Assembly (NCBI GenBank): GCA_031285625.1
Contig: JAITVV010000063.1
Location: 86,443-150,442 of the forward strand
DNA length: 64,000 bases
Direction of reading: 5' to 3'
From: Prevotella sp.
GTDB lineage: Bacteria; Bacteroidota; Bacteroidia; Bacteroidales; Dysgonomonadaceae
A program made the translations under genes and the position numbers. Shown piece after piece: positions 42,889 through 56,994 of the stretch. Position 1 is the first letter of the stretch. Every line of letters starts with the position of its first letter. Below the pieces are notes generated by a model, which did no database searches, was not told the origin of the DNA, and saw only the letters and a program-made list of their open reading frames with translations.

Positions 42889-44889
42889 TTATTTCCTTGT
42901 AATCTTAACAACATATCCTCCGCCCGAGGCCATCGATATGAATAGTTTCCTATCAGCAGGAATATCAATAATTTCTTTTTTGTAATCCTTGGCTACACGA
43001 TCAGCGTTTATTCCATCCTTGAATACCTCACCCTGAAAATTACCTTCACCCAGGAATGATAAATCCAGTTCCAAATTACGGGCATCCCAGTTGGTCATAG
43101 AACCCACATACCATGTATTTCCATTCATACGGGCAATAGATACAAACTTACCAACTTCGCCGTTTAAGGAAACAGTATTGTCCCATATTGTAGGTACAGT
43201 GGCTATAAACTCAGTACATTCAGGTTCAGCCATATAGTTTGACGGACTATCGCATAACATATTCAACGGCGATTCGAAGATAATATACTCTGCTAACTGA
43301 CGGCAACGTGTTCCCTGACTCATTGCTTCATTATAGACACTCCTATAGTTACCTTTAGTAGCATTACGCATCGAACCTTGAGTGTAATCCATCGGACCCG
43401 CAAGCTGGCGGGTAAACGGAATGGTAACATCATATGTAACCTGGTCAAGCTCTGCATTCCATTTCATTTGCTCTAGTCCGTTAACACCTTCAAAGTTGAT
43501 AACATTAGGATAAGTACGCTGCAATCCTGTTGGCTTGTATGTTCCGTGATAATCTATCAGCATTTTATATTTAGCTCCTATTTCGGCACCACGACGATGA
43601 AAATCAACAACTACCTGATCGTCCCTATCCATAAAGTCCACTTTAAAACCTTTGATTCCCATTTCACTATAATGCTTACAAACAGCTTCCATATCGCGGT
43701 CGAAAGCATGAAATCCCGCCCAGAGAATAAGACCTACATTTTTAGATTTTCCATAAGCGACTAACTCAGGCAGATTGATTTCGGGTACAACCTGGAACAG
43801 ATCTGCCTTTTTATTTACTGCCCAACCTTCATCCAGAATAACATATTCGATTCCATATTTAGATGCAAAATCGATGTAATATTTATATGTTTCGTTGTTT
43901 ACACCTGTTTTGAAATCAACATTGTACAGATTCCAATCATTCCACCATTCCCATGCTACTTTACCCGGTTTCACCCAAGAATAATCACCCTGTGACGGGG
44001 TCGCCAATTTATATACCATATCACTATCGGCCAGTTCAGCATCCTTTGCCGATACAATAAGTACACGCCAAGGGAAATTGGTAGCTCCGTCAAACTTGGC
44101 AAGGAAATTTTCACGGGATTTGACCAACATCTGTAAGTTATTATGACCACCTTGCTCTACATTTTTAGGATAAGAAGCGAAAACACCTTTAAGGCTATTT
44201 GCTTTATCTCCCGGATATAGAAACATACCGGGATAATTCATCAGGTCAGCCTCCACAATACTTATTTTTTTACCATTTGCTCCTTCTACAACTAATGGGG
44301 AAATACCTAGACGTTTCTTATTCCATTCGGATAGAAGATTGTAAAAATATGGTTGTTCAAATGAATTGGAAAGCTGATCCTCCAGAGAACGTGTCTCCGG
44401 TTTGTTTGCATAGTTAATAAATGCTTTCCTATCGGCAGGAAAATTAAATTCAGCTTGTTCATTATTTACAATAAAAGGCTTCTTTGATGCAGAAACAAAC
44501 CGATAGGCAATTCCGTCATTATATGCTCTGAAAACGATGTTATAATCACCTTTAAACTTCAATGTAAGTTCATTGTAATTATCTTTTACCTGTTTACGTT
44601 TATATATGACAGCATTTATCGTTTGATTTACGGTCTTTGTAGATGAACCCGATAGCTTCGCATCGATACCATATGATGAGCCATCATTCAAAGTCATAGA
44701 TATAGAAGATTTATCAAGCATCAGGTCTCCGCTATGGGTGATGGAGTAATCTATCGTTTTTCCAACATTAATAGTTGCTTCAAGTTTTCCATCAGGAGCT
44801 TTCAATACAAATTGTTTCTGGGCCAATGCTGACAAAGAGCACAAGAGCATACAAAACAGAGAGAAAATAGTTAGAAAATTCTTCTTCAT
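42889..44889 (-). CDS. GH97 alpha-glucosidase/alpha-galactosidase
   Basis: WVKPGKVAWEWW, ILDEGW, GFKVDF, YHG, FEGVNGLE, GPMDYTQG. Confidence 0.93.
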   Translation of the reverse strand: MKKNFLTIFSLFCMLLCSLSALAQKQFVLKAPDGKLEATINVGKTIDYSITHSGDLMLDKSSISMTLNDGSSYGIDAKLSGSSTKTVNQTINAVIYKRKQVKDNYNELTLKFKGDYNIVFRAYNDGIAYRFVSASKKPFIVNNEQAEFNFPADRKAFINYANKPETRSLEDQLSNSFEQPYFYNLLSEWNKKRLGISPLVVEGANGKKISIVEADLMNYPGMFLYPGDKANSLKGVFASYPKNVEQGGHNNLQMLVKSRENFLAKFDGATNFPWRVLIVSAKDAELADSDMVYKLATPSQGDYSWVKPGKVAWEWWNDWNLYNVDFKTGVNNETYKYYIDFASKYGIEYVILDEGWAVNKKADLFQVVPEINLPELVAYGKSKNVGLILWAGFHAFDRDMEAVCKHYSEMGIKGFKVDFMDRDDQVVVDFHRRGAEIGAKYKMLIDYHGTYKPTGLQRTYPNVINFEGVNGLEQMKWNAELDQVTYDVTIPFTRQLAGPMDYTQGSMRNATKGNYRSVYNEAMSQGTRCRQLAEYIIFESPLNMLCDSPSNYMAEPECTEFIATVPTIWDNTVSLNGEVGKFVSIARMNGNTWYVGSMTNWDARNLELDLSFLGEGNFQGEVFKDGINADRVAKDYKKEIIDIPADRKLFISMASGGGYVVKITRK

Positions 44890-44952
44890 GGTTTTATTTT
44901 AAATTAATATTTTTTGGATTCTTTTGCTAAAATAACTCTTTTTAAGATCAGA

Positions 44953-48393
<3,441 letters not shown>

Positions 48394-48511
48394 TTAATGA
48401 TAAAGGTGTTTGTACAGGAATAACGATTTAGTATTGATCAACAGACCAGAACCTGAAAAACAGGTTCCGCATCTGTCAACCAACTAAAGTAGTGATTTTT
48501 ATAAAAGGGGG

Positions 48512-49900
48512 TTATTGCGCAAATTTCAAGCCTTGAAGCTTATTCCATCCTCCGCGTGTGAAATCAGGGATTTCGACAGGAGCCGAATTGTTATCTAGAG
48601 AGACTGCTGTCAATGGAATCAGACAACACCACTCAGCCAGGTCGTATACATCCATATCCAGAGGAAGACCTTTTTGCAGGCAGTAAATAAGACGGTAATC
48701 CATAATAAAGTCCATACCACCATGTCCTCCTACTTGTTTAGCTTGTTCTTCTATATCTTTTGCAATCGGATGTTTATATTTTTCCATTAATGCTTTACGT
48801 ACATCTTCCGGAACAAAATCATGTGCAGTAAGGTTTTCATGGTTTTTAGTCAGAGCCGGATCCAGTTCTTCACTTCCTAAAGCATAGCCTTCGATAGGAT
48901 ATTTATTAGCAAATCCTTTAGTTCCTGTCAACTGGTACATACGGTTGTAAGGACGTGGTGAGTTCACATTATGTTCGATAAGGATAGATTTTCCTTTCTC
49001 TGTAGATATAAGTGTACTGGTATGTTCACCATTACGGAATTCTGTTACATCCTGACCTCTTTTCTCTTTCAGGTAATTGATACTTGAAATCTGTTTAGAA
49101 TCTACACTTACCAGATAGTTGAGTTTATCACCACGATGTATGTTCATTGCCTGGCATACAGGTCCAAGTCCATGAGTAGGGTACAAATCCCCCCTATGCT
49201 TTTCGTTATAGTCCATACGCCAGTTGTTCCAGTATTCGTCCCAGTATGGCTGAAGGCCGTGTATATATGCTCCTTCTCCGTGTACTATTTCACCCAATAA
49301 TCCTTGTTGTGTCATATTCAGTGTGGTTAGCTCGAAGAAATCATATACACAGTTCTCAAGTTGCATACAATGCTTGCGGGTTTGTTCCGAAGTATTAATC
49401 AATCCCCAGATTTCGTCCATGTTCATAGCTGAAGGAACTTCAATCGCTACATGTTTACCATCTTTCATGGCTTGTATTCCTATTGTGGCATGGCTCTTCC
49501 AGTCAGTAGCCACATAGATAAGGTCTACATTAGGCAAAGCTGTTACTTTACGCCATACAGAAGTATCTCCGTAAAATTCCTGAGCTTTTGGGAAACCTCT
49601 TCCTTCAAGCATTTTATTTACCTTTTCGGTATTCTTTTGTTCTACGTCACAAAGGGCTATTATTTCCACTCCCGGTATGTGAGTCATACGGTTTACAGCA
49701 CCGGGGCCACGCATACCCAAACCGATAAAGGCGACACGTACAGTCGGTAGCGGATCGGTACGCAATTCCAAAACATCTGTCTGACCGGCCGGACGTTCCG
49801 GGGTCGGAGTCTTGATCACATAAGATTGTTCTTTTGGTTGCTGGCTATTGCAGCTAAATAAAAGCAAACAAACGGAAAATAAGGTAATGAGTTTTTTCAT
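48512..49900 (-). CDS. GH109 NAD-dependent N-acetylgalactosaminidase-family lipoprotein
   Basis: Lipobox LFSC; GLGMRG, AIEVP, LENCVY, YPTHG, GGHGGMD. Confidence 0.88.
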   Translation of the reverse strand: MKKLITLFSVCLLLFSCNSQQPKEQSYVIKTPTPERPAGQTDVLELRTDPLPTVRVAFIGLGMRGPGAVNRMTHIPGVEIIALCDVEQKNTEKVNKMLEGRGFPKAQEFYGDTSVWRKVTALPNVDLIYVATDWKSHATIGIQAMKDGKHVAIEVPSAMNMDEIWGLINTSEQTRKHCMQLENCVYDFFELTTLNMTQQGLLGEIVHGEGAYIHGLQPYWDEYWNNWRMDYNEKHRGDLYPTHGLGPVCQAMNIHRGDKLNYLVSVDSKQISSINYLKEKRGQDVTEFRNGEHTSTLISTEKGKSILIEHNVNSPRPYNRMYQLTGTKGFANKYPIEGYALGSEELDPALTKNHENLTAHDFVPEDVRKALMEKYKHPIAKDIEEQAKQVGGHGGMDFIMDYRLIYCLQKGLPLDMDVYDLAEWCCLIPLTAVSLDNNSAPVEIPDFTRGGWNKLQGLKFAQ

Positions 49901-50149
49901 GAATATATAAAATTAGAATAATTACATATTAAGATCAGCAAGGTTATATTTCATTTCGCTATATACTATACAAGTAAAAAGTAATTTTGTACTCACTTTT
50001 TTACTTTTTTTTAGAATTTTCATCTTTTATTCTAAAAATCGGGCATTCAGAATAAGCATCTAAAGATAATAGTTTTTTTCTGTTTATATATTAATTAACA
50101 CTTAAACATAAAGATATAATCTTTACATTTGTAATATATATGCTACAGG

Positions 50150-50728
50150 ATGGAAAGAAAGAATTCATATGACCACCTATTCGATCTAATACGAAATGAT
50201 GACACTGAGGCCTTTGACAGACTATACAGTTTGTTTTATCCATCGTTATGTGTATTTGCCAGCAGATATATTTCCGAATACAAAGCAATAGAAGATTGCG
50301 TACAGGATGTTTTCCTAAAGATATGGAGAGACAGGAAAACGATATTAATTAACACTTCCGTACGTTCATACTTATTCACCTCTATACGCAATCATTGCCT
50401 GAACCTCATTGAAAAAGAGAAAATAGAGCTGACATATGAGCAGTATATATTAAATACATACGACCCCTATACATCCAATGATCTCTATTCGATAGAGGAA
50501 TTAGAAAACATTATAGAAAACGCCATACAAAAACTTCCGGAAAAGATACAACAGGTTTTCAGGATGAGCAGATTTGAACAAATGACATATAAAGAAATTG
50601 CTGAGAAACAAAATATATCAATAAAGACAGTCGAGTCATACATACATAAAGCACTCATAATGTTATCAATATCATTAAAAGACTATCTTCCCTTTATTAC
50701 TTTTTTATTTTTTTTCAAAAAAATATGA
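50150..50728 (+). CDS. ECF RNA polymerase sigma factor
   Basis: EDCVQDVFLKIW; LPEKIQQVFRMSRFEQMTYKEIAEK..ISIKTVE. Confidence 0.93.
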   Translation: MERKNSYDHLFDLIRNDDTEAFDRLYSLFYPSLCVFASRYISEYKAIEDCVQDVFLKIWRDRKTILINTSVRSYLFTSIRNHCLNLIEKEKIELTYEQYILNTYDPYTSNDLYSIEELENIIENAIQKLPEKIQQVFRMSRFEQMTYKEIAEKQNISIKTVESYIHKALIMLSISLKDYLPFITFLFFFKKI

Positions 50729-50789
50729 TATTTCCGTAGGGTGTCTGTCAAGTTAACTGTCTTAATATATGTAAACGGTTAAGAATACC

Positions 50790-51770
50790 ATGGATAAAGA
50801 ACGATTAGAAGAACTCATAAGTAAATTCCACAGCCAACAATTAGATTCTGAAGAAAAAGCAGAATTTGAATATTTACTGGAAACATTTGATGAAGCCAGG
50901 GAAATATTTCATGAGTGGAATTTTGTATTTCAAGCTTCTAAGGCAATATCCATAAGTAAAAACCTACCTGAAGTTCCGGTTTCTAAACCGAGAGTTACCC
51001 TTAGTAATGTACGTCGCTGGCTGGTCAATACAGCAGCAATTATCACAATACCTCTGATATTTGGTCTTACTTATCTACTTATCGAAAGAAGCCAGAATCC
51101 AATTACATACAATGAAGTAACAGCAACGAACGCCAAAGTAGTGAGCGTTATGTTATCTGACGGATCAAAGGTTTCTTTATACGCTGGTTCTACACTAACA
51201 TATCCTGACCACTTTACAAAAGACGAACGTCTGATAAAGCTCGAAGGAGAAGCTACATTTGAAGTAAAATCAAATCCGAAGAATCCATTCTATGTGGAAA
51301 CAACAGACGGAACCCGGGTAAAAGCATATGGGACAAAATTCTCTGTACGCAATTACTACAAGGAAAATACGATGTCTGTCTATTTGGAAAGAGGTATTGT
51401 TGATTTCACAACACCTCTCTTAAATCATGTAGTAACAATGAAGCCGGATACAAAGCTTTTATTTGATAAAACGGACAAGAAGTATACAATCCTGAATAGT
51501 ACGCCAAACGAATATGATGCATACGAACAGGGAATCTTATTATTTGTCAATAAACCACTGGCCGAAATTGTTCAAAAGCTTAACAACATATATCAGGTAG
51601 ATATCATCATACAGGATGAAAGCCTGAAAGAATACAATTTCACCGCAACGATCAAGGATGAATCTATATATCAGGTTTTAAATATGTTGTCTTTGAGTTC
51701 CCCTCAATTACAATGGAAAGAACAAGATCAAAAAATAATACTTACAAAGAAGAAACTTAAATCTAAATGA
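50790..51770 (+). CDS. FecR-family anti-sigma factor
   Basis: TM helix; LSDGSKVSL, LEGEATFEV, GTKFSV. Confidence 0.9.
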   Translation: MDKERLEELISKFHSQQLDSEEKAEFEYLLETFDEAREIFHEWNFVFQASKAISISKNLPEVPVSKPRVTLSNVRRWLVNTAAIITIPLIFGLTYLLIERSQNPITYNEVTATNAKVVSVMLSDGSKVSLYAGSTLTYPDHFTKDERLIKLEGEATFEVKSNPKNPFYVETTDGTRVKAYGTKFSVRNYYKENTMSVYLERGIVDFTTPLLNHVVTMKPDTKLLFDKTDKKYTILNSTPNEYDAYEQGILLFVNKPLAEIVQKLNNIYQVDIIIQDESLKEYNFTATIKDESIYQVLNMLSLSSPQLQWKEQDQKIILTKKKLKSK

Positions 51771-51998
51771 GCTATTAACCAAATTAAATACATATATGGA
51801 ATAAACATGTTTTATCACCTTTTTAACAGAAGCTTAATATAAAGAAAATGATTCTGTAAAAATAAGACCATTCTTTTGTAAACATTTTTAAACATTAGAA
51901 TTTATGAAAAAATACTACCACTTATCAGTAAGGGGGTTAGATTGTATTACCCCATTCAGAACCTTATTAAAGAAAAATAACCTTAAAAAAAGTATGCT

Positions 51999-54900
51999 AT
52001 GACATTGAAAGATTTTATTGTGAGAGGTAAATGCAAATACCTCTTGTTATTGGGATTGGTACTGATGTCCTTTACAGTACAGTCGAAACGAATAGACATA
52101 ATTTCATTGAATAAGTCGGAAACATCTATCCGGTCTATTTTACATGAAATAGAGAAATCCACATCCTACCGTTTCATGTACAATGACAAGCTAGTGAATA
52201 CAAATAAAATTGTATCAGTAAACGTAAAGGATAAACCTGTAACCGAGGTATTGAATAGTCTTTTTGAAGATTCAAATATCACTTACACTGTAGTAGACAA
52301 CCAGATTATCTTATCTGCTGCATCAGTAAAAGAAGCCAGACAGACAAACCCAGTTAAGGGAACAGTTAAAGATCAGTCAGGTATCGAATTACCGGGAGTT
52401 AGTATTGTTGTGAAAGGAACTATCAATGGAACAGTTACAGACTCTGAAGGTAACTATAGTATAAATGTTCCTGAAAATGGCACTTTGGTTTTCAGTTATG
52501 TAGGCTTCTTTTCGCAAGAAATAAAAGTTGGGAATCAAAGAACATTGGATGTCACGTTGAAAGAAGATACACAAGCCCTTGATGAGGTAGTAGTTGTAGG
52601 TTATACGACTCAGAAAAAAGCCGACCTGACAGGTGCAGTATCATCAGTAAAAATGGCCAGCCTGAACGACATGTCTGTTAGTGGTATCAACAGCGCACTA
52701 CAAGGTCGTATGTCCGGTGTTACCGTACTACAAAGTAGTGGTGCTCCGGGTTCGGGAACTTCTATCCGCATCCGTGGTATGGGTACATTCGGCAACAACG
52801 AGCCTCTCTATGTTATTGATGGTATGCCTGCTGATAATATGAACGATATCAACCCTGGTGACATCGAACGCATCGACGTACTGAAAGATGCTGCTTCTGC
52901 TGCAATATACGGTTCTCGTGCTGCAAACGGAGTTGTTATCATTCAGACAAAAAAAGGAGCAAAATCCGATAAGGTAAATATCGCATTCAATACACACCAT
53001 GGTTTCTCAATGGCTCAGAAAAAGATAGACCTTCTTAATGCCACACAGCGCAATACTATCCATCTGGAAGCCTATGACAATGCTATAAAATATGATGGCT
53101 ATGATAAGACTGCTCCTGATTATTATACATCAGACTATGCAAAGGTATCAAGAACGAACTGGCAGGATGAAATCTTCTCCAGCGCAGCTTATCAGGCAAA
53201 TTATGATTTATCCCTCTCCGGAGGTTCCGATAAATTTAAATATAATATTATGGGAGCTCATTTAAAACAAGACGGGCTTCTTAAAAACTCAAGTTTCAAC
53301 CGTACAACTTTACGTATCAATACTGAACTGGAAGTAATAAAAAACTTAAAAGTAGGTGAAAACCTGATGATTACTCATTCAAAGCAAAAGATTGTACCGG
53401 AAATGGGTGCTAATGGTTCTATTGCCCCTGCACTTCAGTTCGACCCGTCCGTACCAGTTTACGAAGACAAAGCTAAAGGCATCTATAGTGGTAGCGGTGA
53501 ACTAGGGGCAGACTTACGTAATCCGGTTGCTGTTTTGGACAGGTCAGACCGTGCCCGTACCCGCGATCGCATATTCGGAAATGTGTATGCAGAATATAAC
53601 TTCCTGAATGATTTCACTATCAAAACAGACTTAGGATATGACTGGTCCGATTGGGGTGAAAAATGGTTTGTAACCAGAGTTCCTGAAGCCGGACGTGCTT
53701 CTAATACAAATGAATTGACTGAAAGAGGTTGGAAAGATACTAAATGGATTACTACAACCACATTAAAATATGACAAGACATTCGGACTTAGCAAGTTAAT
53801 GTTATTGGGAGGTACTTCTTATGAAGCATTTAACTCTGAATTTACAAATGCGCGTGGTACAGGCTTTATCTCCGAAGATAAATCGCAACGTTACCTGTCT
53901 GCTGCTACCAGTATAGCATGGATGCAAGGAGGCAGGGAAGAATGGGCTATGAACTCTTATTTTGCACGACTTGACTATTCATTCGGAGACAGGTATCTAT
54001 TATCTGCAAGTTTCCGTGCAGATGGATCATCCAAATTCGAAAAAGGTAATCGTTGGGGCTACTTCCCTTCAGTTTCGGGAGGATGGCGTATATCTGAAGA
54101 ACCTTTCTTCCAAAGCGTTAAAGAATCGGCTATTCAGAATCTGAAACTTAGAGCAAGTTGGGGAAAACTCGGTAATCAGGATATGGGAAGTAATTACCCG
54201 ACAAGAGTACTTATAGCAAATACGACTGATGATGATGGTTATAACACTGTATTTGGTAGTACAGAGACTGTTGGGTTTGGTAGATATGAAGCTACAATAG
54301 CAAACCCTGATCTTAAATGGGAGGTAACAACTCAAACCGACTTAGGATTAGATATCAGCTTCTTAAATAAATTTGACTTTGGATTCGACTATTTTACCAA
54401 GAAATCATCTGATGTATTATTAGAAATACCAGTTCCTTCATTAGCAGGTATCGACGGTGGAATGATGGTAAATGCAGCAGAAGTACGCAACCGTGGCTTT
54501 GATATGAACCTGTCTTATAATACTAGGGTTAACGACTTTAATATAAGTGCATATGGTAACTTCAGTAGCGTTAAGAATGAAGTTCTTTCTATGGGAACAG
54601 GTAGCCGCAACATGTTTACCAGCTCATATCGTAGTACCAATATCACAAGAACAAGAGTAGGTGAACCGATAGCTCACTTCTATGGATATAAAAACGGCGG
54701 TGTATTCAAATCACAGGAAGAGATTGATGCTTATGTAAATGATAAGGGCGAAAAAATTCAACCTGCTGCAAAAGTAGGAGACCTTAAGTTCCTTGACCTG
54801 GATAACAATGGAAAAATAGATTCTGGCGACCAGACAAATATTGGTAGTGGATTCCCCGATTTCACCTATGGATTTGGAACAGACCTAGAGTATAAAGGTT

Positions 54901-55376
54901 TCGATTTCAGTTTCTTCTTCCAGGGTGTTGCCGGATACGACATCTTCAATGCGCTGAAATATGAAGGTATGTTTGTTGATGCCCGTTACAACCAGTTTGC
55001 GGCAATACTTGATCGTTATCATCCTACAAACAACCCTGGCGGAAGCGGCCCTCGCGTTACAATTAAGGACACTAACAATAACCGCAGAATGTCTGACTAC
55101 TATGTAGACAAAGGGGACTATCTGAGATTGAAAACACTTACCGTAGGATATACTTTCAATAGAAATGCTATTAAGAAATTAGGATTGCAAAAGCTAAGAG
55201 TTTATGCAACTGTACAAAACCTGTTAACGTTCACAAGCTACAAAGGATTCGATCCTGAACTGGGAGAAACTTATGCAAATGAACTTGACAATTATGGTGT
55301 TACAGAGATTGGTGTAGACAGAGGACAATTCCCTCAACCTAAGACTTTCATTATGGGTATAAACATTAACTTTTAA
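51999..55376 (+). CDS. susC: SusC TonB-dependent transducer
   Basis: STN domain, EVVVVGY, LKDAASAAIYGSRAANGV, C-terminal GININF. Confidence 0.96.
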   Translation: MTLKDFIVRGKCKYLLLLGLVLMSFTVQSKRIDIISLNKSETSIRSILHEIEKSTSYRFMYNDKLVNTNKIVSVNVKDKPVTEVLNSLFEDSNITYTVVDNQIILSAASVKEARQTNPVKGTVKDQSGIELPGVSIVVKGTINGTVTDSEGNYSINVPENGTLVFSYVGFFSQEIKVGNQRTLDVTLKEDTQALDEVVVVGYTTQKKADLTGAVSSVKMASLNDMSVSGINSALQGRMSGVTVLQSSGAPGSGTSIRIRGMGTFGNNEPLYVIDGMPADNMNDINPGDIERIDVLKDAASAAIYGSRAANGVVIIQTKKGAKSDKVNIAFNTHHGFSMAQKKIDLLNATQRNTIHLEAYDNAIKYDGYDKTAPDYYTSDYAKVSRTNWQDEIFSSAAYQANYDLSLSGGSDKFKYNIMGAHLKQDGLLKNSSFNRTTLRINTELEVIKNLKVGENLMITHSKQKIVPEMGANGSIAPALQFDPSVPVYEDKAKGIYSGSGELGADLRNPVAVLDRSDRARTRDRIFGNVYAEYNFLNDFTIKTDLGYDWSDWGEKWFVTRVPEAGRASNTNELTERGWKDTKWITTTTLKYDKTFGLSKLMLLGGTSYEAFNSEFTNARGTGFISEDKSQRYLSAATSIAWMQGGREEWAMNSYFARLDYSFGDRYLLSASFRADGSSKFEKGNRWGYFPSVSGGWRISEEPFFQSVKESAIQNLKLRASWGKLGNQDMGSNYPTRVLIANTTDDDGYNTVFGSTETVGFGRYEATIANPDLKWEVTTQTDLGLDISFLNKFDFGFDYFTKKSSDVLLEIPVPSLAGIDGGMMVNAAEVRNRGFDMNLSYNTRVNDFNISAYGNFSSVKNEVLSMGTGSRNMFTSSYRSTNITRTRVGEPIAHFYGYKNGGVFKSQEEIDAYVNDKGEKIQPAAKVGDLKFLDLDNNGKIDSGDQTNIGSGFPDFTYGFGTDLEYKGFDFSFFFQGVAGYDIFNALKYEGMFVDARYNQFAAILDRYHPTNNPGGSGPRVTIKDTNNNRRMSDYYVDKGDYLRLKTLTVGYTFNRNAIKKLGLQKLRVYATVQNLLTFTSYKGFDPELGETYANELDNYGVTEIGVDRGQFPQPKTFIMGININF

Positions 55377-55388
55377 ATTGAAGAAAAC

Positions 55389-56924
55389 ATGAAACTATAT
55401 AAATTATTATTGCTCATACCATTTATCCTCGTCACTTCTTGTGATCTGGATAGGGAACCTTATGGTATTTCAAATTTCTGGAATACAGAAGCAGATGCTC
55501 AGTTAGGACTGGATGCAGCTTATGCTCCATTCTATGAAGAAGAAGGATACGGCCGCGGACATTGGTGGGTAGGTGCTGCCAGCGACGATATGGTAATCAA
55601 CCGTAGCAAAGGTGATGATGAAGCATTGACAGAATTCAGAACAACAACAAATGCTTCCAGCGGACAATTCTCAAACTGGCAGCTAATGTATAAGGTTATC
55701 AGACGCTCTAACGATGTGATGAAATATACTCCTGCAATAGAAATGGCAGATAAGAATAAAGATGTAATACTTGGTGAAGCTAATTTCCTTTGTGCATTCG
55801 CTTATTTCCATCTGGCTAAAAGATATGGAGGGTTACCTTTCTATGATTACAATAAGCCGGAAGAAATAAATAAACCGCGCGAGACTAAAACCGAGACATA
55901 TACACGTATCGAAGCTTACCTAAAAACAGCTATTTCTCACTTCGAAAAGCATGAACTCTGGACAAGGGAAAAAGGTGCCGAAGGCCGTCCTCAGTTAGGT
56001 GCCGCTTACGGGTTACTGGCAAAAGTATATGCTCATTGGGGAAAATATACTGAAGCTAAAGCTGCCGCTGAAAAAGTTATAAACTCGGGTAAATACTCAC
56101 TGGATAAAACCAATAACAACGGTTATGCACACTTATTCTCTCCAGCCGGGGAAAAACACGAAGAAGCATTATTCAACTTAGTAAATGCACCAGTAAGAAA
56201 TCAAGGTACTGTTACATCTGTTATTCTTCTTTCGGGTACCTTATCAGGAGGTACAGGATGGTATTACTTCGCCCCTACCAAGAGTCTGTTTGATGCATTT
56301 GAAAAACCGACAACAACTTCCGGAGGAGACCTTCGACGCGAAGTTACATTAAAAGGTGTAGGCGATGTAGTACATTATCTTGGAACTGCAACTACTCTTA
56401 CCAGTGATAATATAAAAGATATGACTACCGGATATATGGGTACAAAATATTCGGCAGTGTATAATGACCTCTCAGGATGGAACTGGGAAGCCGGAGCAGA
56501 TGTACCTTTGCTACGTTATGCAGATGTATTGCTCATCCATGCCGAAGCTGAAATATTCCTTGCTGGTGGTAGTGCTGCTAACCGTACAAAAGGTGTTCCT
56601 GCAGCAGCTACATCATTCAACGAAGTGAGAGTAAGAGCTTTCGGGGGAGATAACTCAAAAGCCATTGCTGCTCCTACATTCAATGATCTTGTAAATGAAC
56701 GCCGTTGCGAATTGGCTTATGAAGACGAACGTCACTACGATCTTGTTCGTTGGGGACTGGCTAAAGAAGTATATGCTGCTGCAACAACAGCAACAGACCC
56801 AAGAGGTCCTCGCACATTCGATCCAGCCAAAGATGCACACTTCCCTATACCTCAGCGTGAGATAGAGAATACAGACTATTTATTAATTAACAACCCAAAT
56901 GACGGATATTCTAATTTTAAATAA
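55389..56924 (+). CDS. susD: SusD/RagB-family lipoprotein
   Basis: Lipobox VTSC; YGGLP, LRYADVLL, ERRCELAYE..RHYDLVRW. Confidence 0.94.
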   Translation: MKLYKLLLLIPFILVTSCDLDREPYGISNFWNTEADAQLGLDAAYAPFYEEEGYGRGHWWVGAASDDMVINRSKGDDEALTEFRTTTNASSGQFSNWQLMYKVIRRSNDVMKYTPAIEMADKNKDVILGEANFLCAFAYFHLAKRYGGLPFYDYNKPEEINKPRETKTETYTRIEAYLKTAISHFEKHELWTREKGAEGRPQLGAAYGLLAKVYAHWGKYTEAKAAAEKVINSGKYSLDKTNNNGYAHLFSPAGEKHEEALFNLVNAPVRNQGTVTSVILLSGTLSGGTGWYYFAPTKSLFDAFEKPTTTSGGDLRREVTLKGVGDVVHYLGTATTLTSDNIKDMTTGYMGTKYSAVYNDLSGWNWEAGADVPLLRYADVLLIHAEAEIFLAGGSAANRTKGVPAAATSFNEVRVRAFGGDNSKAIAAPTFNDLVNERRCELAYEDERHYDLVRWGLAKEVYAAATTATDPRGPRTFDPAKDAHFPIPQREIENTDYLLINNPNDGYSNFK

Positions 56925-56994
56925 AATAGAATAAACATATTATCTATTATTTCGGAGAGGATTAGACCTCTCCGGAATATTAATCTGAAAACTG

